A stretch of 64,000 nucleotides of DNA, from NCBI GenBank assembly GCA_044892525.1, contig CM097885.1:236780001-236844000 (forward strand). The letters are read 5' to 3'. Both the position numbers and the translations under genes were made by a program. The notes below the pieces were generated by a model that did no database searches, had not been told where the DNA came from, and saw only the letters and a list, made by a program, of their open reading frames with translations. Positions 40,001 through 52,628 of this stretch are shown here, piece by piece. Position 1 is the first letter of the stretch. Every line of letters begins with the position of its first letter. The stretch is from Schmidtea polychroa (taxonomy: Eukaryota).

Positions 40001-43000
40001 GTTCAGAAAGTCTTTTTTTCACACATTATTGACCTTAGCCACGTTTTGACTCTTCTCAGTGTGCTAAATGATCTTTCAACCGTACAAGTTGACACTGGCA
40101 ATGTTAAAGCAATAAGAAATGATTTCTTAATTGCTGGAAAAAGGTCTGTGAATTGTAATAAATCCATCATTCCATCGCTACTTTTGAGATCAAAATCCGA
40201 CTTTTTATTTGACCAAATCTCAAACCAAGTGTTTGCCTCAGTTTCAAATTTTTCAATATGATACTCGAAAATAGAATGGTTTGGGAAATCCAATGGGGGG
40301 GGCAAGTGCCCCACCTTGCCCGCTTCCTTACGGACGCCCATGATTACAATCTATCTGAATTTCAATTACATTTACTCAGGTGTATTATAACTACTTATAT
40401 GCCTACTCTTCGTGACATATTGTAATGGAATAAAACCTAAGCTGCAAAACAAAATTTCAACAACCAAAAAGGCATTTCAATTTCTAAATCTTAGCTATAT
40501 GTTAGGAAATTATATTTCAAACAAGATCTCAATAGTAGCATTAGTTTTTTCGAATAAATAGTTACCGTTGTGATAGATGGAATGGTTTAATACTATCATC
40601 CTACTTATTCGTCTTCCACTAATAACTTCTTCGGTTTTTGCTCCTTGTATGTCAATCATAACTTATAATACAATTATAATACAAAAATTTGCGCTAATGA
40701 ATAATGTCTATTTAACTAGATTAAATCAAAAATTTCGCTACTGCAATTAAGGTGTCGATCAAAAAATTATATATTCATTTGAATGCTCTCTAATCGATTT
40801 GTTTTTTTTAAATGCCTGTTGGTACTTTTCTAAATCGAAGGCCACAATTTATTTATTTGAAAAAATATCTTTTCTTTTTAATTATTGATCTTATACTCTC
40901 AATTTACTGTATCTTCATTTCTTTTCTAATAAACAAACACCTTAAAAATCTATACAGAAAATCCATATTAGATATAAAACATAATATTGATCTATAATAA
41001 AGAAATAAAGATTAAAAACATTTTCAATAAATCAATTATAGGTGAGATTTTGGATGTCTGAACATTTTTAATGTCTTTCGACAGCGATTTGAATATAAAA
41101 TTATCTTCGCATAAATTCGGTCAATTATGATCTTACCTGAAGATGCGCAATTGCTCGGTAGTGTTTTTTCCTCCATTTGGACGATATTAGCATGCGCTGA
41201 ACATTCTGGTTATTTGAACAAGCTAACTATTTCAATAAAGAATACTCTTTATACTTGTCTAAATTTGACATTCCTCAGTGATCTTTATTGTGGGTATCCT
41301 ACATAGTACTTCGAAAAGGAATCATTCGATCGTTATTACTCTTATGCTTAGCAAATAATCAGACCTGATTTCAACGAATAATCCTTCAATCCCGATTTTG
41401 TTTCTTTACTGTTTCATAAAATATTCGTTCTAGACTTCTCTTATTATATTCAACAGTTGTATTCTTGTTCATGTGTAATTGCTCATCGCAAAATGCTTTC
41501 ATTTCCTTGGTCTAACAATAGAAAAGGCAAACAGCTGTCACGAACGGTATACGATTATCGGTAAACCAATTTTCGATACGCCTATTCAACTGTGGACTTC
41601 CTTAAATCTCATAAAATATGTTGGCCAAGTTAAAAATTAATATCATGCCCTATATAACGATGTATCTTTCTCTTGTAAAAAACTAAGTTTCCTCTTTAGT
41701 ACAAGACAGAGTTAAGATATTCATTTTAATACAAATAATATTGATCAAATTATATTGATAAATTGTATTGATAAATTATATTGATAAATTATATTGATAA
41801 ATTATATTGATAAATTATGTTGATAAATTATGTTGATAAATTATATTGATAAATTATTTCAAAAATATATAAAATAATTGGCTATTGATAATAATAAATT
41901 ACTGGGTTATTTATGTACGGATTTATGAGTTATTTATGAGAATTATATTCTGGCTTTGTCATAATAATAAATGTTTCCAGAATATAGAGTCAATTAGTAC
42001 TGTGGCTTGTGATACTCGTTCAATTGTTCATTGCCAGTTCTCACCGAATAATAAGTATTTAGCAACAGCGTCATGGTCGGGAGATTGCAAAATTTTCAAT
42101 GTTCCAGAAATGGAGCAAAAAATCGTTTTTAAAGGTCACAAAGCAAATATGTCAGCAGTAAGGTGGAATCCACTTTCAACTATTTCAGAAACATCAATTG
42201 ATCTTGCGACTTCTGATCACGAAGGTTGTGTAAAATTATGGAGTTTGTCAAGCCAAGAGCCTGTAGGATTTGTCGAAGGTCATGAACCGTATAGAGTTTC
42301 TAAGCTAGATTTTCATCCATCTGGTAGATTTCTAGCGACCACTTGTTTTGATTATTCTTGGCGCTTATGGGATCTGACTGTCGGCGAAGAAATCTTACAT
42401 CAAGAAGGCCATTCTAAAGAAGTTTATGATATCAATTTTCATCCAGATGGATCTTTAATATTAACCGGGTAATTTTATTATTTACTTTCTAAAATAACAC
42501 AGGATCGTCTGCAATCGACATTTCGGTGGTGTTTTGTTTTCATTTACACCAACACTTTGAAAAGCAAATAAGCTTAAAAATGCGACAAATTTTAAAAATA
42601 AAATTAAAAAACTATTAATTCATATTAATTCATATTAAAAAACCGAAAACATATCAGCTTTTCCTTTTACCTGAAATAACAATTTGATTAATAATTCTCT
42701 CTGTGCAGTCTGATTTGGAATCTAAGTAGACTGTAAAAACACAAAATAAGTAGGTAGTCCGATGAACCACTATTAGTTATCGCGCATTTTTAAAGTTATT
42801 GATTTATATGTGCAGTTATTGATTTATAAGTTCGGTTATTGATTTTTAAATGTAGGGTACAATTTATGACTTTGGTAAGAAGTACTCTAAAATATAATTA
42901 TTGATTTTCAGGTGCAGTTATTGATTTATACGTTCGGTTATTGATTTTTAAGTACAGGGTGCAATTTATGACTTTGGTAGCAAGCACTCTAATATTTTGG

Positions 43001-44139
43001 ACCATAAAAATATAATTATTGATTTTCAGGTGCAATGTGTAATTTTTTGTTATTCATAATATGGAAACCATCCTACATGGAAAAGATGTGTTCTTTGACC
43101 ACAAACAAGATTATATACAAAAATCAAGGAAATGATTTTATATAATATAAAACACGCTGATTGTCAAATAATTATAAGATATTTAGTTCTGATTATTGTT
43201 ATGTAAAATTAATGACAAAAATCATTCAAAGATCAAAGACTTATTAAAAGCATTTATTGTAAAGTGTGGTAAAGGTTAAATATGCAATTAATATTATTAA
43301 ATCAATATACTATCTATTTAAATAATTTTATTGATTTATTAATATGGAATTATATTTAGATTTTATATTAATAGTTTTCTTATTTAACCAAAATTTTCGG
43401 TACTGCGTTTATCTAGTGCTACTAAAAATATACTGCCAAAGATTTGTGTTAAATAGGAAGAACAACGATTTATAGTTGAAATGGGGATTTTAAAGGGGAA
43501 AATATCAAATCAAATGTCATCTTTCTAAATGAATATTATCCACATAAAAATTGCAATAAAATACAGGCAATCATCGTAAATGAGTATATACATTTATTTA
43601 TAATTACATCTATCAGATTTTGAAATATTAATTGTTTTTATATAATATAAAATTTGAATTGTCAATTTTTGAAATCAATAAATTTAATTATTAAGTTTAT
43701 TTAAAATTCTAGTGGTTTCGATAGTTTTGGACGAGTGTGGGATTTACGTTCTGGGCGATGCATTTACTTTCTTGAAGGTCACTCTGATAAAATTCTTTCT
43801 GCAGTTTGGTCGGACAATGGTTGTCATATGGCAACAGGAAGTGTAGATAATACCGCCAAAATTTGGGATTTACGATATAAACAATGCATTTATACTATTC
43901 CAGCCCATCAGAGCTCAGTAAGTGCTGTGAAATTCCAACCAGGACTTAGCCAATTTCTTTTAACGACTTCGTATGATCATAAAACCAAGATATGGGCTCA
44001 TCCTACATGGACTCCAATCAAAGAAATGACGGAACACACTGAGAAAATTATGCATTCAGATATCAGCCGTGACTGTAATTATATCGCAACATGTTCGTCT
44101 GATAAACAAGTTAAACTTTGGAGTGTTCCATCTATGTAA
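37097..44139 (+). CDS. PRPF4: U4/U6 snRNP protein Prp4 (SFM domain plus WD40 repeats); exons 37097-37115, 37269-37339, 37380-37452, 37502-37623, 37676-37852, 41981-42468, 43713-44139; 458 aa
   Basis: All introns GT-AG with consistent phases, 1377 nt total. KKRARTIAVSTEDSEVRMQLRELGEPICCFGEDAADRRERLR (SFM); WYHKGSDELKEAREWILRYS; FHPSGRFLATTCFDYSWRLWDL..EILHQEGHSKEVY; GGFDSFGRVWDLRSGRC. AATAAA at 44148. First exon is provisional. Confidence 0.95.
37935..38785. repeat. G-rich ~30-bp minisatellite with trimeric higher-order repeat, in PRPF4 intron 5
   Basis: Core TGTTTGAATGGGAATT followed in rotation by A(T/A)GGGGACTGATGC, AGAGGAGACTTATGG and AGGGG(G)ACTTATGG. Confidence 0.95.
39697..40342 (-). 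mobile_element. Internally deleted hAT fragment (dimerization domain plus one terminus), in PRPF4 intron 5
   Basis: ORF 40003-40341 LFPAIKKSFLIALTLPVSTCTVERSFSTLRRVKTWLRS; terminus GGACGCCCATG at 40332-40342. Confidence 0.85.
41050..41680 (-). mobile_element. Possible Penelope-like RT remnant
   Basis: Scattered peptides LANIF(M), THEQEYN and GYP in the expected order; heavily decayed. Confidence 0.3.
41737..41857. repeat. 13-bp tandem repeat (ATATTGATAAATT, ~9 units)
   Basis: Directly visible. Confidence 0.9.
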
Positions 44140-44465
44140 TTGTTTGTAATAAAATTTATTAAATTCATCTTTTTTACAATTATTATTTTAATCTAAGAAA
44201 TTAATTGGCAATTTTAAAAATGTATTACTTTTCTCTTTAAAAAAGATATACAAAAATTCACTGATCATAAATCATAACAAAATTTATTCATAAATTTAAA
44301 GATATAATAAATACCAATGATTTACACAAATTTTTCAGTGATTAACTTCAATTCTTAAACTTTATACTAAGATTTAAAAACGAACCGACAGTATAACAAC
44401 CTGTTTCGATAAAGAATTATGTAGAAATGGAATTTTCATAATTGATTGATATACAAAATTTAATT

Positions 44466-44969
44466 TTATCTGTTTTGATAGCAAAGTTCACAATTAAAAT
44501 AAGAATTTCGATTTATAAAACTGCAACTAGAACATGTCCACTCATCAAATCTAGCTCTTTTAATCTGAAATTCATCTTCAGTTTTCATGTAACGTTTTTT
44601 GCAAGCACATTTTGCACAATACAAAGAACTTAATTTATTTTGCATATGACAATTGTGGCATTTCCAATCGTCAGAAACTTTTGATAATTTATTAAAAGGA
44701 TTAATTTTAACATTCAACTGAGTTCTTTTAAATTTTGATGTGGTTGAACTATTTTTTGAAGATTCACTCTTAACGAAAATTTTTCTACTCGGCATTTCAT
44801 TAATTGGTGTATCACAAACATTGCATTTAGCAGTGTTTCTCTCTATTATGTTATCACAATAATCACATTTTAAGATTCCATTGTCGGATGAAATATCAGT
44901 AAAAGTTTTCGAAAAATGAAACGGATTATTGGATGATCCTTGATTATTTCCTAAATTAAAAGGTTTCAT
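44466..44969 (-). CDS. Intronless RanBP2/NZF-type zinc-finger protein (167 aa, 3 fingers)
   Basis: Two exact W-x-C-x2-C-x3-N-x6-C-x2-C fingers plus one C-x2-C-x10-C-x2-C; paralog at 57216-57752. Confidence 0.8.
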   Translation of the reverse strand: MKPFNLGNNQGSSNNPFHFSKTFTDISSDNGILKCDYCDNIIERNTAKCNVCDTPINEMPSRKIFVKSESSKNSSTTSKFKRTQLNVKINPFNKLSKVSDDWKCHNCHMQNKLSSLYCAKCACKKRYMKTEDEFQIKRARFDEWTCSSCSFINRNSYFNCELCYQNR

Positions 44970-45940
44970 GAGTAATTTGTTTCATCCTCTAATTTTTAAA
45001 TATATATATATAACACACTGTATTAAAACAGTCAAATATTTGTTTGGTAATTTTCTGCTAATTTAGATAACTTTAAAATATCAAAAATAAATAAATATAT
45101 TAACCAAGTTTTAATTTTAAACTAATTACTGACAGAATTTTATGTGTTACAATTCGGATAACCAATTAGTTCCACTGTAATATAGAAATAAACCAACTAT
45201 TCTAAAATATTAAAAAACAATAATTTACAATTACCAGTGTTGCTATATGTTGGTGTTCTGGTACCTACCGGTTAAATCTTTGTTTCAATACATAACAGAG
45301 TTTTGTTTATTGTTTGAGTACCTCGTCTATGATTATGTAAAGTAAGGAAATTACATAACCTTTTACAATTAATTTTAAAAATTAAGGATCGTCCTAAGGA
45401 ATGTAAGCCAGAATACAATGGTGTCTTACCACTTGATACCCGTTGAGGGATCAACGTTGCAACTGCATCAAGTGGGTGAGTACCAGCAAGAAGTGAGCGT
45501 GCTTTTCCAAACTATAATTGGCAGGTACTCGTATGGGTTCACGGAATACTGACAGGAGATTATGCCCTTTTTTGCTCTGGTCCCTATCTCTTAACGATTC
45601 CCACCCCCAAACTAATTCAACAGGGTCTTTATTCATTATGAACTCTCACATCCACACTTATCAACACTCCCGGCTCAATCCGTTACATTTAATTCCTAGT
45701 TCTCAGGTAGGTGCTCCTTCCTATCATTATGTCTAACTTTAAGTTGTTTCCTTATTAATGCGGTCATTCTACATTGAATTAACTCTAAAGGAGTCTGATT
45801 GTAAGGTAACTCAATTATCGAACATAGAACCATTTCTCAACCAACTAATACCTCTAGGCGCCTATGTTGATATCCGGAAGAGATTTAATTTTACTTTAAA
45901 TTTATTAAAAAGGGAGCTTGAAGACTATAAATCAGTAATA

Positions 45941-47174
45941 CAGGGTTTTTCATCATATTTTGACATTTTGTCAATCAATTTTGACATTTTGTTAATTTTA
46001 GAAGAAAATTAAAAATTAAATTAAAAATTAAATTAAAAATTAAATTAAAAAATAAATTAATAAATAAATTAATAAAATTAAAAAAAAATGAGAAAGTAAA
46101 TAAAAATACTACTTTTATTCATCAATAACCGGCTCATTTCTTATGCAAAAAGGTAAAAACCCTAACATATGCCTAAAATAATTTTTACAATCATCAGATG
46201 AAATAAAGGAAGAACCATTCTCAATATTTTCGAATAACTGATCTTCACCTTCAGGTCTCGAACTACGTATAAATTGTTTCCATTTTGAAAATAGGTTCTC
46301 TATAGGGTTAAGAAATGGAGAATAAGGTGGCAAAAATAGGATTCTATGTCCTGATATTTCAATTTCTTCTTTTATTGCAATATTTTTATGAAATGGAACA
46401 TTGTCCATGATAAAAATTGCACCTGAAATATTCAAAGATGACATTTTTTCAATTATTAAGCGTATAAACTCAAGAAAACTTTGTGTATTATACGATTTAG
46501 TCTGAGGAAAATATTTAAAAATCCCTTCTTTGTTCATGGCACAGCAAACAGATATATTTCGTGCTCTTATAGAAGAAACATTTTGAACAGCACGTTTATT
46601 TTTCAAAGATCTTCCTCTTCGTGATCTTATAGAAACATTGAATCCGACTTCATCGATAAAAAAAATTTTAGAATCATCGATAGTTGACAATAATTCCATA
46701 AAACGATTCGCATATTGGGCTCTAAGTTCAATAACTTCCACGGTATTCCTTTTTATCGGCATTATATTGATGCGCTTCATACTATAACCAAATCCACCTA
46801 TACATCTATTAATCGTGCTTTGACTTACTACCACACCTCTCTCAAGCTCAATCTTCGACTTTATTTGCTTTAAAGTAAGCGCGCAATTTTCATCAATCCA
46901 TCCTCTGATTGCTTCTTTATCTTGCTCTGACAAGCTTTTTCTCCGCTGACCTCCCCTTTGCTTTTTTTAATAGATTCATGGTTTTTATACTTTTTTATTA
47001 TGCTATAAATAGTGGTTCTTTTAAAACCCAAAATTGATGATAAATCCGAGGCACTATGCCCTTTTATATAGGCTTGTATAATGCGATTTCTGTCTTCGTT
47101 ATTAATGTTTTGGTTTTTCATTAGAAAATGTCAAAATTGATTGACAAAATGTCAAAATATGATGAAAAACCCTG
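45941..47174 (-). mobile_element. IS630-Tc1-mariner DD34E transposon, 1234 bp
   Basis: Perfect 50-bp TIRs (45941-45990, 47125-47174) and TA TSD. HTH ORF plus DDE ORF (FFIDEVGFN / FIMDNVPFH / LPPYSPFLNPIE), with 34 residues between D and E. Confidence 0.97.
46115..47121 (-). CDS. DD34E transposase split by a single -1 frameshift at an A7 run (46962-46968); 335 aa if joined
   Basis: ORFs 46870-47121 and 46115-46933 fuse as ...HESIKKKQRGGQRRKSLSEQD... if one A is added; no other lesions. Confidence 0.85.
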
Positions 47175-47649
47175 TATATCGATGTTTTTTGATACTCACG
47201 AATTTTCGGCACTGCATTTTTCAAGCGAATTTCTAATTCTTATTGTTCAACCCTTATGTTGAATTGAATTTAGTTACTTAATTCATTTAAGGAACTTAAT
47301 GGTTATCCTATTTAATTCATTTTACTCTGGTCACTAGTCCTTATTATTCAATCATTATAGTAAATTAAATTTAGTATTTATTTAGGTAAGTTAATAAAAC
47401 AAAATTCTTTTGTTTTAATATTCTAACTCGTTAATACGTCCCAGAAACTTTCATCATGATCCTACTGGGATATTTTCAAAGCAATTTGCGGTGTTAAAGT
47501 TTATTATTATCCCAGGACTTTCTAGGATATTCAGAAGCGCCACGATTACAAAAATGAGAATATTTCATATTTAGGTCAATATTAACAAGTTCCAATATAT
47601 AAATTTAGCATAGTGTCATTAGCGGAAAGTCGGTGCAAAAGGGTTAAAT

Positions 47650-48812
47650 ATGTTGGTCACTTAGGGGTGTGTCATTTTATTTTTACATGTATTAGGGGTA
47701 ATTGTATATGTTAAATCTACTCCTTCCTAATCGCTTTCATGACTATTATACTTTAGACCATCTGTGTACCCATGGTGACGACCATGTTGGTACTGTACAC
47801 AATGGTTGAAAATCAATGAGCAGGTGAGCTCAATTGCTAAAACTACTCCTCATTGTATTTTCCTTTCGGGTTCTAGAATGTCGATAGAAAGTCTTACGTC
47901 ATTATACATTGTCTATTTCTATTGTTGGATCATCGACCTGTCTTCATTTAACTATAGTTCTTATTTCTGGATGTTTTCTGTGATTCTCTTCACAGATTTT
48001 GTGCAGGGATCGGCCCTTATTTTCAAGTTAATAAATGTGGTTCCATACTTCCCATAAAATTTGAGCAGGGATCTACCTGTATTTTTTATTCTGCACCATC
48101 TGACATCCTAACCACTCGTAGATTCTAAAAGATTACCCCAACTGAACCTTATCTATCGACAACCGATCTTAGTTATTATATCCACTACTCCTAGCTCAAT
48201 CGTATTCAAAAAAATAACGATGACGGATCCGTCCTATGCTACCTCTATTTAAAACAAGGCTCCAAACTGTCCAAAATGTTCTCCCATTGACCCTATCTCT
48301 AACTATACTCTGTAAAACGATGTGCCAAACTTGTGAAACATCCACTGTCCAACGGCACGAGTACCATCAGTTTTCGAACATTTAATCAATCTAGGACCAT
48401 CAAAGCATAAAAATCATGAAAATCCAATCCAATAACATTCCTGTAGATTGTATGTACTACTCAAAATTTCAAAAAAAAACAAAATAAACAATTAAAAGGA
48501 ACAGAACATAAAAAATAACTAAACTAATTTAACTTTAAAGTTTTATTAAATTATGACATTACATTAGTTTACATAAAATTACCAAAATCCAATTCAACTT
48601 ACCGCGATGGCATGAACCGAAAACTGAGAGTGTCTATCGATGTCTGGCAAAACAAGATTGATTTCAAGTTAAAACTTAGTTGTCTAACTTAATTTTCAAT
48701 CAGTATTTATACTGATTTTGACTGTGCATGCATGCATTCTTTACCACTAAATCCAATCAGAATGCGATAAATTTTGAATTACTTTTGCATGCATGCATGA
48801 GTGTGTGTAATT
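47650..48812. repeat. Unclassified ~1.15-kb repeat, copy 1
   Basis: Shares both end blocks and the TGAGCAGGGATC subrepeats with 48982-50115; middles differ. Confidence 0.8.
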
Positions 48813-48981
48813 ATTTATTTTTAATTTAATTAATTTATTAAATCAAAATTTTTTAATTTTTATTAATTTTTACGAATATGAGTATTAGTAGTGTTGGGAT
48901 TGTTAGTATTACTTTTATCCAGTGCGGTCACCAAAACACATAGGACAAGTTATTAGTTAAAATAGCAAAGGAATTAATATA

Positions 48982-50115
48982 ATGTTGGTTACTTAGGGGT
49001 GTGTCATTTTAAATTTTTAAATGCATTAGGGGTAGTCATATATATTCACTCGACTCTTTCCTAAGCACCTCCATGACTATTGCAATTTAACCATTTGTGT
49101 ACCCATGGCGACGACCATGTTGGTACTGTACACAAAGGCGAAAAAACACTGAGCAGGTGAGCTCCATTGCTAAAACTACTCCCCATTGTATTTTCTCTTC
49201 GGGTCCTAGACGGCCGATAGAAGGTCTTACGTCATTGATCATTTTCTATTTCTACTTTTCTATCTCATTCGGTTATGGTCCTCATTTCCAGATACTTTCC
49301 ATTGTTTCGTTTCAAAATTTTGTACAGGGATGCGCCCTTATTTTTCTATTAATAAATGTGGCTAGGTATGTTTGAGCAGGGATCGGCCCTTATTTTCCAG
49401 CTAATAATTATTGTTCTACACTTCCTACAATACCTAAATTATCCTTTGAAAAATTTGAGCAGGGATTGGCCCTTATTTCCAAGTTAATCCGCGCTGCCCC
49501 TAATATTTAAATTGTACTTCAAAAAATTTGAGCAGGGATCTGCCTGTATTCTCGGTCCTAACCTATGTTTGACCAAAGTACTTCCAGCGATAGGACCCGT
49601 GAGGAAGCCCCCACATTTCGGCCCAATCCAGCTGCGTGATTGAAGAACCTCATGTCCACCGGCTGAGCTCCCGAAGGCACCTCATACCATGACATGAAGT
49701 TCCTCAACTCCACGTTACTATCGTTCACAATCAACAAATAATGTAATTGAACTCAATAAAAACTATTATTTAAAACTTGAAACTAAATGAAATTAAACAA
49801 TTAAAAAGGACAATAAAAGAAAATTTAACTGAGACATTAATTGCATATAAAATTTATTAATTAAGACACTTCGTAAAAATTACAAGAATAATAACAAATA
49901 AATTACCACATCCACGATGGCATAAAATCGAAAACTGAGAGCTTTACTGTCTGCAAATTACATTGTGGTGCTGGAAAAAAAGTTTTTCAAATGAATCTGT
50001 GATCAGTATTTATACTGATTTTGAATGCGCATTCATGCATTTGCTGCCACTCTATCCAATCAGAGTGCGAGAAATTTTGAATTAGTTTTGCATACATGCA
50101 TGAGTGTGTGCAATT
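48982..50115. repeat. Unclassified ~1.13-kb repeat, copy 2
   Basis: Direct, diverged copy of 47650-48812. Confidence 0.8.
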
Positions 50116-50573
50116 GTTTATTTGTTTTTAATTTCATTAAATTAATTAATTACTTATTTAATTTTTATTAATTTTAATTTTATAAATTTTATAATTTAAA
50201 TAATATGAGTTATATTAATTTTTATTAATTTAAACATTTTTATTCTTTAAATTTAGTAAGTTACATAACCATTTAATTCTATAAACTTTACAATTTACAT
50301 AATGCTAACTAATTTTATTATTTTGACGATTTAATTTTTATATTGTTTAAATAATTTTCAACTAATTCTATTTTACATTTTATTATTTTTTTATCGAAGT
50401 TTTTTAAGTGTTGAATTTTTCTGTTAAATTTATTTATCTCTTTATTCTATTATACGGGGTTTATTGATTCTTAATGTGTGATGTAATTTATTTTATTTAT
50501 TTTAAATTAAACCTTGGTCATAAATTTTTCCAACTTTGCGGTTTTTGTGTTAGGTATTTTCGATCGTTTAAAA

Positions 50574-50786
50574 CAGTGGTTCTCAAACCTTTTTGATCAC
50601 GACCCAAATTTTTGACATTTCATGCCAAAAATTTTATTGCGACCCACATGACAAAGATTAAATAAATTTAAAAGGCTTAAACTTCCAAAATTTATATTTG
50701 TAGATCTTTCCATAAGTCATCGCGACCCACCAAAAATTCTTTCGCGACCCAAAAATGGGTCGCGACCCATAGTTTGAGAAACACTG
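50574..50786. mobile_element. hAT (Buster/Charlie-type) MITE, 213 bp
   Basis: 15-bp TIR CAGTG(G/T)TTCTCAAAC; perfect TSD GTTTAAAA; repeated CGACCCA motifs. Confidence 0.95.
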
Positions 50787-50975
50787 GTTTAAAACAAACT
50801 CTCAGTTCTCGGTTTCAGCCCAACAATAATATACATTACAATAGACTCCAACAACTATAGAAAAGGATAATTATTTATTTTGGGGTTTTAAAATGAAAAG
50901 GGCAATTGACAAAATAACTAAAATTCAAAATTTTAATTTATTTCGAGGACGAAATTTTTTTAAAGGGGGGAGATA

Positions 50976-51919
50976 TGTTGAGGATACCTAAATGAAAAAT
51001 AACATAATAAATAAATAAATTACCTGGGGGAAGATCGTCATGACAAATCGGACGATCTATGGGAACTCAGAAAAGAAAACAGAAGTAAAAGAAATTAAAA
51101 ATGAGAAAGATAAATCAAATAAAAGGAAACAAACAAGAAATTAAAACAAAGGTCATTGTTAATTAAGAAGTACAAGTGAAGGTGGAATTTCAAATTCCAG
51201 AAAAAACAAAATAAGGGAAAAAGCCGCATCTTGACAACCTGTCAAAGATAGCGAAATTGTCGGGAGAAGGCGGCTTAACAGAAGAGGAAGATGGAAAATA
51301 TCTCGACATCTGTCATAGATAAGGCTGAGGTAGAGGAAAAGAAAGATGGTAAACAGAATCTGTCGCCAGTGCCACAAGCAAAACAACTATATAAAGGAAA
51401 ACTGGTGGACGAGAAATCAGAACAGATTGAGAACAAATTGAGAGCAAATTTAGACAAATTTGGAGCGAAAAGTAGAGCGGAAACAGAACGAAGTTGAGAG
51501 GCAAAAAGTAGAGTAAAATTAGAGACGACAGAGTAAAAAGGGGAATCGAAACAGAGTGAAAAGAGAAGTGACAAGAGTCTTTTATAAAATTGAATATAAA
51601 GTAAAAGTGGAGTAAATAAATTGTGTGGTCAAAGCAAATAGAACAATCGATCAACATATTCTGTAATTGAGTAGTTGACGGCTAGTGATTATTGTTGTGG
51701 TTACAGAAAGGGCTATTCTTCAAGTAGTGTCGAAATAAGATCTGTGTAATAAATTGGTTTATAGTTAATTGGTTGTAATTGAAATTTGTACTACTACGTG
51801 TGGATATTAATAAAGCTTATTGTGTTCGAGAGTGTTGAATTGCGAATTAATAAACACGCTTTGGAGCCAGATTAAAGGTTTGAATTTACAAATATTGTCA
51901 CCAACACAATAACCCAACA
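50976..51919 (+). mobile_element. LTR (944 bp) of a Gypsy-like retrotransposon
   Basis: TGTTG...CAACA termini; PPT AAAGGGGGGAGA directly upstream; PBS directly downstream. Confidence 0.88.
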
Positions 51920-51924
51920 TATTT

Positions 51925-51942
51925 TGGTGAGCCCGACGTGAT
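51925..51942 (+). promoter_or_regulatory. Primer-binding site, tRNA-Trp-like
   Basis: TGGTGAGCCCGACGTGAT, 1 mismatch to the canonical Trp PBS TGGTGACCCCGACGTGAT, 5 nt after the LTR. Confidence 0.85.
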
Positions 51943-52143
51943 CAAGAGTTGGTGAAAAGATTGTTAAAAGGAAAATTGTAAAAATAAAGTGTGGTAAATT
52001 GAAATTATTAAAGTGATTGTGAAAAGTTAAATTATTTATTGTAATAATAATTTGAGATTTAGATTTTGTGCAAATTGAAAACGAAATAATTTATTAAAGT
52101 GAACCGATATTATTTACGAAGCCAGAGTAAAAAGGAAAAGATA

Positions 52144-52628
52144 ATGAGCAGTGAAGATTTTCCAGTTTCAGTTATTAGAGAAAATAATGATTTTGCCAGT
52201 TGTCAGAGGTTGCCTGTAGAGCAATATGGAGGAGATCCAATTATATTTGTTGATTTTATGAGTGATTACTCTATGTATGCAAGGGCCTATGGATGGTCTC
52301 AAGCAATCATGATTCAAAGATTACTTTATATCTTAAAGGGGCAGCTAGAGAGGTGTGGCAACAAATCGACAGGAAAACAATCGGCAATGATTGGGCCAAA
52401 TTAAAAGATGCATTGGCTGCTAAACTTATTGGAGGAGATATAAAGAGATTAATGCGTCAAAAATTTTATAATAGAGTTCAAAATCCAAATGAAACAGTGA
52501 GCGAATTTGCATATCATTTATCGAACCTTGCCAGCAAATCCTTTGAAGAAGATTCGAAACAACCAGGATTAGCTCAACAGATGCAGGAGCTGATTCAAGA
52601 CCAATTTTTGTCAGGAGTAAATAAAGAC
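52144..52628 (+). pseudogene. Retrotransposon gag, frameshifted (~52322) and 3'-truncated
   Basis: YARAYGWS..QRL/LYLKGAAREVW..FYNRVQNPNETVSEFAYHL..DQFLSG. Confidence 0.85.

Noticed and set aside
41885..41980. N-terminal part of the 195-aa ORF
   Set aside because: Intronic; the PRPF4 exon starts after TTTCCAG at 41981.
45238..45870. GC-richer, LTR-like island with short ORFs
   Set aside because: Termini and TSD not convincingly defined; ORFs show no recognisable motif.
51159..51657. Overlapping ORFs within the LTR
   Set aside because: Low-complexity purine-rich LTR sequence; no protein motif.
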